This document shows, in pieces, positions 30,170 to 40,525 of a stretch of 64,000 nucleotides of DNA. The first letter of the stretch is position 1. Each line of letters starts with the position of its first letter. The notes beneath the pieces were generated by a model. It had not been told where the DNA came from. It saw nothing but the letters and a program-made list of their open reading frames with translations, and did not search any database. Position numbers and translations under genes: made by a program. The stretch lies in the IMG/VR virus record IMGVR_UViG_3300026478_000449. The stretch is one strand, 5' to 3'. The DNA is from a virus.

Positions 30170-31219
30170 ATGACACTAGTCGTAGATAAATTTCGAACGT
30201 TACTTCCTCCGCGAGCCAAACACTCGCCGTCTGGTTGGACATCGTTTAACGCCCCTTGTTGCCAGCATCGTGGCCATAGTCCCGATACTCGCAAACGTGG
30301 TGGTATTAGGTTTGACGGAAATAGTGTAGTTTATAATTGCTTTAACTGCAAGTTTTCTACAGGCTGGCAACCAGGGGCACCCTTTGGTGAAAAAATGAAA
30401 ACACTGGCGCGATGGATGGGCGCCAGTGAAGACCTTATAAAAGATCTAGTGTTTGAAGCTCTTAAAACAGAAGGTCCCGATTATCACGAATATCATTCAG
30501 AAGATAACACCCCAATAAATTTTACAGATAAAGCATTACCAGAAGGTGCGATGCCTTTGGCAGAATGGGGGAATTTAATAGAAGGCGAAGTTGAAGAACA
30601 GATTGGTGAAGACTATTCAAACGTATTAAGATATCTAATCAGCAGAGGATATAACAATCCATTTGAATATGATTTTTATTGGAGCCCGGCTCCTGGATAT
30701 ATTGATAGAGTTATTGTTCCTTTTAGATGGGAAGGAAGAATAGTAGGAAATACAGCTAGAAAAGTTAGAGACGGAAAACCAAAATATCTTTCAGATCAAC
30801 ATCCACATTTTGTATTCAACTTTGACCGTCAAAAAGAAAATCAGAAGTATATATTTGTCTGCGAAGGTCCATTTGATGCATTGGCAATAGACGGTGTTGC
30901 TCTTCTTACTAACGATATAGCTGAACAACAATCTAGGATAATTAATAGTCTAGGTGCTGAAGTTATTGTAATTCCGGATCAAGATCAAGCAGGACTAGTA
31001 TTATTTGACAGAGCTGCCGAATTAAATTGGTCAGTGGCTATGCCTAACTGGGACGACGATGTAAAAGACGTTGCAGATGCTGTAAAATCCTACGGAAAAT
31101 TATTTGTTATTGTTGATGCAATAAAGACAGCACAAAAAGGATCGATTAAAATTAATATGGCTAAGAAGCAACAAGAACACAAATTGGAGAGACTCGAATA
31201 TGCTAAAGAAAATACTTAA
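30170..31219 (+). CDS. 61: DNA primase (T4 gp61-like, zinc ribbon + TOPRIM)
   Basis: CCQHRGHSPDT...YNCFNCKF zinc ribbon; FVCEGPFDALAIDG TOPRIM; VIPDQD. Confidence 0.7.
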   Translation: MTLVVDKFRTLLPPRAKHSPSGWTSFNAPCCQHRGHSPDTRKRGGIRFDGNSVVYNCFNCKFSTGWQPGAPFGEKMKTLARWMGASEDLIKDLVFEALKTEGPDYHEYHSEDNTPINFTDKALPEGAMPLAEWGNLIEGEVEEQIGEDYSNVLRYLISRGYNNPFEYDFYWSPAPGYIDRVIVPFRWEGRIVGNTARKVRDGKPKYLSDQHPHFVFNFDRQKENQKYIFVCEGPFDALAIDGVALLTNDIAEQQSRIINSLGAEVIVIPDQDQAGLVLFDRAAELNWSVAMPNWDDDVKDVADAVKSYGKLFVIVDAIKTAQKGSIKINMAKKQQEHKLERLEYAKENT

Positions 31220-31310
31220 TATCATTTTATATCCCTACAGAAAATATCAAGAACATCAAAGATTTAAAACGGATCGCTGAATTAAGAAAACGGGATCCTT
31301 TCATTTACAA

Positions 31311-32255
31311 ATGATAAGCTGGGGAATAAACGCACTTAATCACGGCTCTAGTCTTGCCGTGTTTAAAGACGGAAAATTTATTTCAAATACCTTTGATAAG
31401 ACTGACACGTTAGATACTAAGACTATTACAACTGCTCTACATCACGGAGCACCTTCGGATATATTTTGGTACGAAAGGCCTTGGATTAAAAAAGCAAGAC
31501 AGGCCTATGCAGGTCAATGGCATAGAGTCTTTGATTTTCAAGCAATACCTAGTGCCTATATTAGAAGTATACGTGCTAATTATGCAAAGATGCATTATAC
31601 TCCGCATCACGCAAGTCACGCTGCCGCTGGTTACTATACCAGTCCATTTAACCATTGTGCCATTGTTGTGCTTGATGCGATTGGCGAATGGGAATGCGCT
31701 ACAATATGGGAAGGTAAACACGGCGAAATGAAAAAAGTATGGAGTAAGACATATCCTAACAGTTTAGGATTATTTTATTCCGCTTTCACTGAGTTAATAG
31801 GGCATACTCCTATTCAAGATGAATTTCTTTTACAAAAAGATGCAGAACTAGGCGATCCTAACAAATATTATTTTGATGTAAAAGAATATATGGGCAGCGT
31901 TATTAATGCGCATCAAAATATGCATCAAGGCATTTGGAATTGGCCGTATGAAATTACCAATGAAGACAAGGTACACATTGCCGCTGCCGTTCAGGAAGTG
32001 TTTGAAGAACAAATTGATATGGTAATGAAAATTGCCAAAGATTTAACAGGAGCCGATTGTCTAGTATATATGGGTGGCTGTGCTATGAATAGTCGAGCAA
32101 ACAAAAAGGTAGTAGAACCAAAATTTAATTACATTTGGTCATTGCCGCAACCTGGCGATCCTAGTAGCAGTATTGGCGCTGTACTGTATCACACTAAGCA
32201 AAGAGTTTGGGATGCAAACCTTGGGGTTGTAAAACATATCGAGATTCGTGTATAA
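31311..32255 (+). CDS. Kae1/NodU-type (carbamoyltransferase-like) ASKHA-domain protein
   Basis: N-terminal ISWGINALNHGSSLAVFKDG and HYTPHHASHAAAGYYTSPF resemble the carbamoyltransferase HHxxHAxSAxxxSxF metal-site block; only the Kae1-like domain is present. Confidence 0.4.
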   Translation: MISWGINALNHGSSLAVFKDGKFISNTFDKTDTLDTKTITTALHHGAPSDIFWYERPWIKKARQAYAGQWHRVFDFQAIPSAYIRSIRANYAKMHYTPHHASHAAAGYYTSPFNHCAIVVLDAIGEWECATIWEGKHGEMKKVWSKTYPNSLGLFYSAFTELIGHTPIQDEFLLQKDAELGDPNKYYFDVKEYMGSVINAHQNMHQGIWNWPYEITNEDKVHIAAAVQEVFEEQIDMVMKIAKDLTGADCLVYMGGCAMNSRANKKVVEPKFNYIWSLPQPGDPSSSIGAVLYHTKQRVWDANLGVVKHIEIRV

Positions 32256-32880
32256 TAGTATTATGTTGAGTACAGAAAAAAAATTTACTAGCGGAAATCA
32301 ATGGATCATCGATTCGGAATATCCTAACTATAAAAATTTGTATAAATTTTTATTGCCTAGTAACGAGCAAGAATATAGTTCCGAGACATCGGCGCATTTT
32401 GCAAAACAATATCCATTGTGGAGAGATCCTAATCTTTCTGACGAATACTATTCACATAAAAAATTCAATAACGATAATTCTTCAATACCTTGGCAGCAAG
32501 AACTCGACAACATTACAAAATGGACTCAGGCAAAATTAATAGAGCATCATATCATTAAACAAATCACGCCTGTAATATCTTGGTGGATGGACTATGAGCC
32601 AGGTGGCTGGCAGGCGATGCATACGCATAGTGTAAATTGTATTACACAGGTAATTTATATGGATGAGCCCAATATTAATGAAAGTACTGCGGCAAAGGAT
32701 TATACGCCTGGATCAATGTATGCGTTAATGACAGATGGAAAACCAGTATATATTCCATTTGTTGGATTTCCTGGTAGAAGTATTTTAATGACAGGAGATG
32801 TATTTCACGGAGTATATCCTGTTAAGACCACACCAAGAAGATCAATTATTATAGATTACATTTACAACAAAAATGATTAA
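32248..32880 (+). CDS. divergent 2OG-Fe(II) oxygenase-like protein
   Basis: MHTHSVNCITQVIYM ... GDVFHGVYP loosely follows the TIGR02466-type pattern of the other copies. Confidence 0.3.
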   Translation: MYNSIMLSTEKKFTSGNQWIIDSEYPNYKNLYKFLLPSNEQEYSSETSAHFAKQYPLWRDPNLSDEYYSHKKFNNDNSSIPWQQELDNITKWTQAKLIEHHIIKQITPVISWWMDYEPGGWQAMHTHSVNCITQVIYMDEPNINESTAAKDYTPGSMYALMTDGKPVYIPFVGFPGRSILMTGDVFHGVYPVKTTPRRSIIIDYIYNKND

Positions 32881-34312
32881 AGACTACGGATACGAACTAC
32901 AAAAATTATATCTTGAGCTAATGCTAGCAGACGCAGAAGTGTTTGTACGTTGCCAAGGTATTTTTGATCACACACTTTTTGACAGAAAATTACAAGATGC
33001 AGCAGAGTTTATTAATCTCTATGCAAAAGAATATTCTGTTATGCCTGACTACGAAATGGTTAATGCATCGTGTAGATCAGATCTTAAAAAGCCAGAAGAT
33101 ATCAAAGAAGGTCACAACGATTGGCTAATGGACGAGTTTGAAAACTTTACTCGCCATAAGGCATTAGAACGTGCAATTATTAATTCTGCAGATTTACTTG
33201 AAAAGAAAGACTACGGTCAAGTAGAATCTATGATTAAAGAAGCAGTACAAATTTCTTTAACTAAAGATCTAGGCACTGATTATTTTGAAGATCCTAGACA
33301 GCGATTAATGCGTATCAAAGACAAGAATGGTCAAATTAGCACAGGCTGGCCTACTCTTGATCGTAGACTATTTGGAGGAATGAATCGTGGAGAACTTAAC
33401 ATTTTTGCTGGTGGATCAGGTGCAGGTAAATCCCTCTTTCTTGCTAACCTTGGCGTGAATTGGTGTCTACAAGGACTTAATGTTTTATATCTAACATTAG
33501 AACTTTCAGAAGACCTAGTAGCTATGCGTATTGATGCAATGACTACTGGTATTTCAACAAAAGAGATTTTTAAAGATCTAGAAAACGTTGAAATGAAAGT
33601 TCGTGTTATTGGTAAGAAGGCTGGTAAACTACAAATCAAATATATGCCTAGTGGCAAGACTGCCAATGACCTTAGAGCATATATGAAAGAGTTTGAAATC
33701 AAAACAGGTGCTAAGATTGATGTATTACTAGTAGATTACTTAGACTTGTTAATGCCAGCAAGTCGTAAGATTTCAGCAGAAAACTTGTTTATTAAAGACA
33801 AGTATGTTTCTGAAGAATTACGCAACCTAGCAATGGAAAAACAATGTATTCTAGTTACTGCGGCACAGTTGAACCGTGGTGCTGTTGAAGAAGTTGAATT
33901 TGACCACAGTCATATTTCAGGCGGTCTTTCTAAGATTCAAACAGCAGATAACGTGTTTGGTATCTTTACGTCACGTGCTATGCGTGAGCGTGGACGTTAT
34001 CAAATACAATTAATGAAAACTCGTTCTAGTTCAGGTGTAGGACAAAAGGTAGATCTAGAGTTTAATCTAGAAACGCTTAAGATTAGCGATTTGCCCGAAG
34101 ATGAACAAGAGTCGCATAACGGAGCAAATAGAGGCACAAGCAGTATCATTGACAGCATTAAACGTAAAACAGAAATTAATAAAGTAGATCCAGAAACAGG
34201 CGAAATAGATCCAACCCAAGGCGCTAGCATAGGCAAAGTTCGAGCAAATGTAGGTTCGTCAAAACTACGTGAAATCTTGAACAGTATGGGTGGTGATGAT
34301 GAAGACATCTAA
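32873..34312 (+). CDS. 41: replicative DNA helicase (T4 gp41 / DnaB family)
   Basis: FAGGSGAGKSLFLANL Walker A, LELSE, VLLVDYL, AAQLNR blocks typical of DnaB/gp41. Confidence 0.8.
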   Translation: MIKDYGYELQKLYLELMLADAEVFVRCQGIFDHTLFDRKLQDAAEFINLYAKEYSVMPDYEMVNASCRSDLKKPEDIKEGHNDWLMDEFENFTRHKALERAIINSADLLEKKDYGQVESMIKEAVQISLTKDLGTDYFEDPRQRLMRIKDKNGQISTGWPTLDRRLFGGMNRGELNIFAGGSGAGKSLFLANLGVNWCLQGLNVLYLTLELSEDLVAMRIDAMTTGISTKEIFKDLENVEMKVRVIGKKAGKLQIKYMPSGKTANDLRAYMKEFEIKTGAKIDVLLVDYLDLLMPASRKISAENLFIKDKYVSEELRNLAMEKQCILVTAAQLNRGAVEEVEFDHSHISGGLSKIQTADNVFGIFTSRAMRERGRYQIQLMKTRSSSGVGQKVDLEFNLETLKISDLPEDEQESHNGANRGTSSIIDSIKRKTEINKVDPETGEIDPTQGASIGKVRANVGSSKLREILNSMGGDDEDI

Positions 34313-34535
34313 GGTAGAGCTGTTAAAGTGGTTACCACACGAGGGCGAATATATTGAAATCGATTGGCCTAAAGTACACCGTACGATTGGTGTAGATCAT
34401 ACTAAATGGTTGTTAAATCAAAATCATACTAATTGTCAGGTTGTGCTTGAAAGAAACGATATGTATTGTCGTTTAATAGCAGAATTCTACGATGAACGCA
34501 CCTTAGCTACTTACTATCTAATGTGGGCTAAATAA
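34290..34535 (+). CDS. hypothetical protein (81 aa)
   Basis: Overlaps gp41 3-prime end. Confidence 0.3.
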   Translation: MVMMKTSKVELLKWLPHEGEYIEIDWPKVHRTIGVDHTKWLLNQNHTNCQVVLERNDMYCRLIAEFYDERTLATYYLMWAK

Positions 34536-34539
34536 TGAT

Positions 34540-34920
34540 ATGCGAGCCAAAGAATTTATTAACGAAGCTAGAGAAGGCAGTATCCAAGACGATGTTGCTG
34601 ATGCACTACCATCAACCTTTTCTATTCCATCATTACAGAACCAAGATCCGTACAAACAATACAGATTTGGTATGGCCCTAGCTAGAGCAGGTGGAAGTAA
34701 GCCTGCAGATCGAGACCAGTTTTCCCCTAACACTCCTTGGGGCGAAAACGCTATTGTTGTAGCATATGACAACGAAAGCGAAAAAATGGTCAAGCAGGCA
34801 GCAAAAGAAGTTCACGCAGGTGCCGTTAAACTAATTAGCACTCCAAAATCAACCGAAGCTAAAGATGTTAATATAACAAGTTCTGTAGCAAAGCCAAAAC
34901 GTAACAAATACGGAGTTTAA
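34540..34920 (+). CDS. hypothetical protein (126 aa)
   Basis: Compact ORF. Confidence 0.35.
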   Translation: MRAKEFINEAREGSIQDDVADALPSTFSIPSLQNQDPYKQYRFGMALARAGGSKPADRDQFSPNTPWGENAIVVAYDNESEKMVKQAAKEVHAGAVKLISTPKSTEAKDVNITSSVAKPKRNKYGV

Positions 34921-34921
34921 T

Positions 34922-35635
34922 ATGCGTTTACGTGAATTAGATGAATCTTCAGATTTTGTTACCGTAAACTCAAAACTAAACCCTAAAATTTGGGCAAGTG
35001 ACAAACTCAATCCAGAAGTTAGAAATAAATTAATTGAAATTGCACACGCCTTTGAAGAATTTGTAGGCATTGATCTAGAAGTAGAAGATTACACAATCAC
35101 CGGATCTAATGCTAATTATACTTGGACACAGTATTCAGATCTAGATTTACACATTATCATCCCAGGCACAGCAACAGACGAACAACGTGAATTATTTTCC
35201 GCTAAAAAGGCACTTTGGGCAGAACAACACGACATCACTATCAAAGGCTTGCCCGTAGAATGCTACGTACAAGGCGCAGATGAACCACATCACTCAACAG
35301 GCGTTTTTTCTCTGTTAGATGATAAGTGGCTCGTAGAGCCCAAGAAGGTAAAACCTCAAGTAGACGATGCTGCAATTGAAGCCAAAAAAGATGCAATACT
35401 GCGTCAGATCGAACACGCATTATTGAGCAAGGATATCGATAAGTTACGCACAGTAAAAGATAAAGTTACACAGATGCGCAAGAGCGGATTGGAACGTGCG
35501 GGCGAGTGGTCAGTAGAAAATCTTGTATTCAAAATACTTCGTAACCTTGGACTTATCGACGAGCTCACTGACAAAATTAGAGAATTGGAAGATCAAGAAC
35601 TTTCTCTAGAACAGGCTATACAACCGCTTGACTAA
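34922..35635 (+). CDS. nucleotidyltransferase-domain protein (Pol-beta superfamily)
   Basis: TGSNANYTWTQYSDLDLHII = hG[GS]-x10-DhDh minimal NTase motif. Confidence 0.45.
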   Translation: MRLRELDESSDFVTVNSKLNPKIWASDKLNPEVRNKLIEIAHAFEEFVGIDLEVEDYTITGSNANYTWTQYSDLDLHIIIPGTATDEQRELFSAKKALWAEQHDITIKGLPVECYVQGADEPHHSTGVFSLLDDKWLVEPKKVKPQVDDAAIEAKKDAILRQIEHALLSKDIDKLRTVKDKVTQMRKSGLERAGEWSVENLVFKILRNLGLIDELTDKIRELEDQELSLEQAIQPLD

Positions 35636-35684
35636 TGACATTTTTTGTCTTATAATATAAATACGCATATTATGGGGCACAAAA

Positions 35685-36122
35685 ATGTTACACATCATCC
35701 AAGACTTATCAGATAATCTACTTAATTTAATCAAAGACGATCCTGTTCGTCCTGAAATTCCCGTTGAACAAAGAGTTAATCAAAACTCAAAAATCTTTGT
35801 TCTTCGCGACGAAACCACACAAGAACCTCTGGCAGTGACCTGCGTAAAGTTCTTAGAAAAAATTCCTAGTTCTGTGAACGATCTAGCCGAAGCTGCAATT
35901 AACACAAATACCGCAGTATTCTATACTATTTGGTCATATGCTGCTGGTGCAGGCCGTACTCTAATCGAACAGGCTCAAGAGCACATTAAAAAGGAACACC
36001 CTGAAGTGGAAACCTATGTTACTCTAAGTCCTAAGACAGAAATGGCCAAGAGATTTCACTTGAAAAACGGTGCTGAGATTCATAGAGAAAACGAAGATAG
36101 TGTAAACTACCTATACCACTAA
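35685..36122 (+). CDS. hypothetical protein (145 aa)
   Basis: Last plus-strand gene before the strand switch. Confidence 0.35.
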   Translation: MLHIIQDLSDNLLNLIKDDPVRPEIPVEQRVNQNSKIFVLRDETTQEPLAVTCVKFLEKIPSSVNDLAEAAINTNTAVFYTIWSYAAGAGRTLIEQAQEHIKKEHPEVETYVTLSPKTEMAKRFHLKNGAEIHRENEDSVNYLYH

Positions 36123-37114
36123 CCAGCGTGGTATCCTCTAGACTGCATAACTTTTTCTACCCCAGACCGCTTTTTCCAAGGCAGGTTCCATTTTGAAGTC
36201 TGTATTTCTTTGATAAAGAATTCTACGGCCTGGGGATTCAATTCACCTTCGACAAGATCCTGGTCAGACAGCCAATCTGGACCAATCAGCTCTGTATGAA
36301 ATCCTGAGGTAAGATCCAAGGGTTGACCTTTGACCAAGGTGTCTAGAATCTTTTTAACTAGGACATCGTGATTGCACAGGCACATATGATTGTATCTACA
36401 GTCTCCGCCCTGGAAATATCCCGAGTGTCCTTGGTCCAGCATTTCATCTAGTTTTTTCTTATCCTTGTATTCGCCCCATTGAATAAAAGATAAATTTCCC
36501 TGAGCAAACAACAGATGTTCATATTGATCGCAGCCAACTAGGTCCATATCAAAGCCCGGAATAACTAGAGCACGATTTAGACCTCTTCTGGCAATTTCGT
36601 AGGCAATGAGTCCTAGGCGCGATCGCATTGCTAGACTATCAATGTGTGGTCTTTGTATGTGCTTGATAAACAGTTCAATGGCCTTGGCCTGTTCTGAAGA
36701 TATGTGTTGATCAAGATCCATGATATTCCAGTTACTGATCGTAGGTTCATCTTCAAAGTACCAAAATCTTGCTGGACTGGTTAGAATAAAGATCACAATG
36801 TCATTGGGATCTATTAAATGAACAACTTTTAGGAATTCATTTAGGGCCCAGTCCTGTGCAGAACCTACCAATGAATTATTGCGTAACTGTATTACTTCAC
36901 CTAGCTCAGTGGCCAAGGCGTGACTCAGTTGACGTGTCCATACGCGAATAGGATCGCGATCGGGCCACAGCGCAGACCAGCTATCACCAAATATCCATAG
37001 TCTGCGAGGATCTTTTTTAGCTTCTGGGTGTGTATGATTCAACTTCTGCCTTCCATTGATCCAGCGTTCGCTGCTCTTGTTGAACAGCAAAATCTTGGGC
37101 CAATCTCCAGGCAA
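36119..37114 (-). CDS. SGNH/GDSL hydrolase-like protein
   Basis: LWIFGDSWSALW matches GDSL block I. Confidence 0.4.
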   Translation of the reverse strand: MPGDWPKILLFNKSSERWINGRQKLNHTHPEAKKDPRRLWIFGDSWSALWPDRDPIRVWTRQLSHALATELGEVIQLRNNSLVGSAQDWALNEFLKVVHLIDPNDIVIFILTSPARFWYFEDEPTISNWNIMDLDQHISSEQAKAIELFIKHIQRPHIDSLAMRSRLGLIAYEIARRGLNRALVIPGFDMDLVGCDQYEHLLFAQGNLSFIQWGEYKDKKKLDEMLDQGHSGYFQGGDCRYNHMCLCNHDVLVKKILDTLVKGQPLDLTSGFHTELIGPDWLSDQDLVEGELNPQAVEFFIKEIQTSKWNLPWKKRSGVEKVMQSRGYHAG

Positions 37115-37232
37115 GGTCTTCGTTGGTGATTAGACGGCCGTCGATCTGCTGTCTTTCTATTCTAATGCGTGTTTTTAAATTTCGGGCCATTACTCTATAT
37201 GCTATCACGGGTCGTCTCCTGTAATAGTATAT

Positions 37233-37820
37233 TTATACCCTTGTGGTTGTGTAATTGAAGATCACACAGATACGCTGTTGATGTTCTTGAGGACGTCCAG
37301 TCCAGCGCCAGTGTGTGCCGTCAAAGTCGTACCAAGTACCACCACGGGGTTCTAGACGATGCACAATGTTCTCCAAATTCTGGGGTAATTCCCAGTCCTG
37401 CATCCAAGAACGTTCACGAAGAATGTCTGTGGTGCCGTCGGAATCCATGGGGAAATAAATGCCAGTTTGATGTGGGCCTGTGATGTCAATGTGCGGTTGG
37501 CTATTGCCACGATCTCCGGGTAGAGAATTAACTACTCTTATTTTAAAAATTCTACTTAGGTTTTTGCCCTGATGATCCAAGGCTCGGAATAGGATCATTT
37601 GACAGATGTCCATTAGTTCTTCGTTGATCACGGTGTCGTTGTCATAGACCACATTGGTATATTGGTGCCAGTCGTATCTGCGAATATCTCGGGCCATTTC
37701 TGGAGGAAAAAATCCCCAATTAGTCAATGGGTTGCCGATGCGTTCAGCTAGCCAGCCCCGGACCTGACCCTCAAAAAGGTCATCAATTTGAGTCAGTTTA
37801 GGCAACAGTTCTTCAGTCAT
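37233..37820 (-). CDS. hypothetical protein (195 aa)
   Basis: Compact ORF. Confidence 0.35.
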   Translation of the reverse strand: MTEELLPKLTQIDDLFEGQVRGWLAERIGNPLTNWGFFPPEMARDIRRYDWHQYTNVVYDNDTVINEELMDICQMILFRALDHQGKNLSRIFKIRVVNSLPGDRGNSQPHIDITGPHQTGIYFPMDSDGTTDILRERSWMQDWELPQNLENIVHRLEPRGGTWYDFDGTHWRWTGRPQEHQQRICVIFNYTTTRV

Positions 37821-37876
37821 AGTATCTCCTTGTCACATACTTATCCCATAAACTGGTCAGTGAATTAAATATTGAT

Positions 37877-38500
37877 ATGCAGACCCTAGGCTTATTTTCC
37901 GAACCCGTGACTCGCCAACAGATTTGGCCCGGAACCTGGCAACAGCAGCTTGATCAGATTCCCTGTGAATATCAGACCAATCACTGTTACTCCCTGTCCC
38001 AGAGAGTTTTGGACACAGTTCCAGATCTACACCAAATAATTGAACAAAGGGTTCAACAGTGGGCTGAACAGGTTCTGGGCATCACGGATACACTCTACAT
38101 CACAGAAAGTTGGATCAATGTCTATAATACCGGCGACTCCATACATCAGCACAGCCACCCTAATTCCATAGTGTCGGGAACTTGGTATTGGTCAACACCC
38201 GAAACAGAGATTAGATTTCACAAACAGGGCTTAAACTCATCTACACACTGGACTATGAAACTGGATCAAAGGCCCACAGCCTGGTCACAGACAGAAGTCA
38301 TACTGCCCGTAGAACAAGGTGATCTACTCCTATGGCCCAGTTATCTACAGCACTCAACCACAGCACACACCAGCGAAGAACCAAGAAAAACTCTGAGCTT
38401 TAATGCAATGCCTAGATCTTGGGGAAGTAATTTCTATAGAGTCGGCGAAGCCGCAGCGCAAATTCCTGAGCGCGAAGCGCAGCAGCGCAAGATTTTTTAG
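37877..38500 (+). CDS. 2OG-Fe(II) oxygenase (cyanophage TIGR02466-like family)
   Basis: HQHSHPNSIVSGTWYW ... LLLWPSYLQHST; paralog of 57478, 61205(-) and 32248. Confidence 0.5.
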   Translation: MQTLGLFSEPVTRQQIWPGTWQQQLDQIPCEYQTNHCYSLSQRVLDTVPDLHQIIEQRVQQWAEQVLGITDTLYITESWINVYNTGDSIHQHSHPNSIVSGTWYWSTPETEIRFHKQGLNSSTHWTMKLDQRPTAWSQTEVILPVEQGDLLLWPSYLQHSTTAHTSEEPRKTLSFNAMPRSWGSNFYRVGEAAAQIPEREAQQRKIF

Positions 38501-38532
38501 AAGAATTATCTGCGCATATATCCGCAGAAGCC

Positions 38533-38796
38533 CTATCTACAAGAGAATTTAGTCAGTAAATCTTGATCAAAGTCTTCGAACAGAGTGCGCATTATACGCG
38601 AGTGTTCAGGATACTGTAGAAGCCATTGTGTGGCCAATTTTGGCACTCCAAAAAGCAGCCAGTAGTCTGTGGGAATAGCAGAGTTATAGGCATCAGTGTG
38701 AGCATAACTACGAGGCCAATAGTGTACTGAGTCGCGCCAAGAATTAAGTAAGGTAATCTGCGACTGGCGAAATGGCTCTAGGTACACAAGTAGCAT
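38533..38796 (-). CDS. hypothetical protein (87 aa)
   Basis: Track ORF. Confidence 0.3.
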   Translation of the reverse strand: MLLVYLEPFRQSQITLLNSWRDSVHYWPRSYAHTDAYNSAIPTDYWLLFGVPKLATQWLLQYPEHSRIMRTLFEDFDQDLLTKFSCR

Positions 38797-38858
38797 TACA
38801 CTAGTATTTACATCAAACCCTTATATCTATGTGAGATCCCAAGGGCAGTTTGCGTCGT

Positions 38859-39059
38859 TTAAGCCACTGATGTTGATGAGTTATGAATCTGTGCATTGGC
38901 GAGACTGAACTTGTGTATAACAGGATCTATGACAAACTCTAGAGTCTGCTTATGAGCTAGAATGGGATCCGGTTTAAATGACAGATCTAGAGTGGATACA
39001 TACTGCGCCGTAAACTCAAAGGTTCGGCGCCAATCGGGGTGGGGACTAAATGTCTGCAT
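38859..39059 (-). CDS. hypothetical protein (66 aa)
   Basis: Track ORF. Confidence 0.25.
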   Translation of the reverse strand: MQTFSPHPDWRRTFEFTAQYVSTLDLSFKPDPILAHKQTLEFVIDPVIHKFSLANAQIHNSSTSVA

Positions 39060-39062
39060 ACA

Positions 39063-39248
39063 CTATATATCATCTAGAACACGAAACACTGAAGTAAACC
39101 GTAGTAAAAACTCAGTTAATATAGGACTGGAATCAATCCATACACGAGTACGATTTAAGTGGATTTCGTGACGGAGACTGTGTTGCTCTATAAAAGCAAA
39201 GAATTCTCTAAGCTGGGGATCAGAGTTTAGGAGTGCGTACTGTGGCAT
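39063..39248 (-). CDS. hypothetical protein (61 aa)
   Basis: Track ORF. Confidence 0.25.
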   Translation of the reverse strand: MPQYALLNSDPQLREFFAFIEQHSLRHEIHLNRTRVWIDSSPILTEFLLRFTSVFRVLDDI

Positions 39249-39727
39249 ATAACTAGATTGTTAGTAACAGAGCCAAGAGTAAAGTACTGACTAAGCTGAC
39301 TTAGCCACCATTCTAGGGGTTCTTGTATAAGATGAAGATTTTGTCCGTTAGGGAATGAACTACGTGCAGGCACTGACGATATGTTAACATAGGCTACTTT
39401 TAGAGTCAAAGACTGTAGATGTGCCAAGACTGAGTGAATACACTGAGGTTCTATGTGCTCTAAGACATCTACGCAGACTACGAGATCTCTAGGTTGTGGC
39501 AGAGTAGAATAAGCTGGGATTCCGGGATCATAGTTATCCACAGGGACTAGATCGCCGATTTTTTTACTGAGCAGAGCTTGTCCACAGCCGTAGTCCAAGA
39601 TGTGCGCACAGGAGTATTGATGATAAAGCTCTAAGATATGTTCAGAGTAACGATGACCAACATCGCCCCAGGGTCTGCGCAGATGTTCTTGAACCAGCAT
39701 CTGTTGATATTTGGGTGTATAAAGCAT
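39227..39727 (-). CDS. SAM-dependent methyltransferase (class I)
   Basis: ILDYGCGQALLSKKIG motif I; possible TTGACC-N17-TAGTAT promoter at about 39740-39770. Confidence 0.45.
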   Translation of the reverse strand: MLYTPKYQQMLVQEHLRRPWGDVGHRYSEHILELYHQYSCAHILDYGCGQALLSKKIGDLVPVDNYDPGIPAYSTLPQPRDLVVCVDVLEHIEPQCIHSVLAHLQSLTLKVAYVNISSVPARSSFPNGQNLHLIQEPLEWWLSQLSQYFTLGSVTNNLVICHSTHS

Positions 39728-39889
39728 AGACTAGTATATACTAAGAAAAGGGTTTTAGAGGTCAAAAATTTGGCCGCGCAAAAAATTTGGGTGGAGTACT
39801 TTTCATTTCAGGGTGGTGATTTTAGACCCCATACCGCTAGTAAAACTACTACTATAGTATACACACTATACCGGCCACCCCCCACCACC

Positions 39890-40090
39890 TCAGCACCGGT
39901 CGGTCATCTCCGGTGTCCTCAGTTCAGGTCTAACCTGACCTCCACAGCGTCGAAGAGCCTCGCCAGGTTGATTGGGAATCTGATCAAACTTCTGATGATA
40001 GGGCCGTGACCAAGCTGCGTCTCTACGATCGTAGGCTGTACAGGCAGCTAGATTAGCTAGAGCTAAGGCTACGAATAAGCGCACGAACAT
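39890..40090 (-). CDS. small lipoprotein-like protein
   Basis: LALANLAAC lipobox-like N-terminus; local GC rise. Confidence 0.3.
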   Translation of the reverse strand: MFVRLFVALALANLAACTAYDRRDAAWSRPYHQKFDQIPNQPGEALRRCGGQVRPELRTPEMTDRC

Positions 40091-40280
40091 CTTCAGTGAT
40101 CTCCATATGTTGATCCATCACAGCAGCGATCATTAGATCGTGTATGACTACAGCATCCTTTTGATATGCGGGGGGCAGGTTCCGTATAAGCCGCTCAACA
40201 TCTGCTTGCGATTCACAGCTCCAGATCATGTCTGCGATCTGATGTTGTTGACGATTAAGTCCGTGTAGTTCTATAGTCAT
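40053..40280 (-). CDS. hypothetical protein (75 aa)
   Basis: Coupled to upstream gene. Confidence 0.35.
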   Translation of the reverse strand: MTIELHGLNRQQHQIADMIWSCESQADVERLIRNLPPAYQKDAVVIHDLMIAAVMDQHMEITEDVRALIRSLSSS

Positions 40281-40459
40281 TGCTGAGCCCTCTGGATCAT
40301 AAGTGTACCTGCATACATTGCACCTAGTCCAGTTACTGCAACAGCTAGGGCCTGTAGCAGCTCTGTGTTGGTGATGCTATTCTCTACACCACCTGTGCCC
40401 AACATAGTGATCACAAGTCCTACTATGACGACAAACATTCCCTGACCTTCTGTAACCAT
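40277..40459 (-). CDS. small membrane protein (60 aa)
   Basis: AGGAG RBS; hydrophobic VVIVGLVITMLGTGG; downstream of promoter 40491-40522. Confidence 0.4.
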   Translation of the reverse strand: MVTEGQGMFVVIVGLVITMLGTGGVENSITNTELLQALAVAVTGLGAMYAGTLMIQRAQQ

Positions 40460-40490
40460 TTTCAGCTCCTAGTTGTTTAGTGTATGTGTA

Positions 40491-40522
40491 TATTATACGA
40501 TCGAACTGGCCGTTTGTCAACC
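40491..40522 (-). promoter_or_regulatory. consensus sigma70 early promoter
   Basis: Minus strand reads GGTTGACA-N17-TATAAT. Confidence 0.7.
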
Positions 40523-40525
40523 AAT

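Noticed and set aside
37017-37208. Track ORF 37017..37208(-) of 63 aa overlapping the 3-prime end region of 36119..37114
   Set aside because: Overlaps the start region of the larger SGNH-like gene and has no independent signals.
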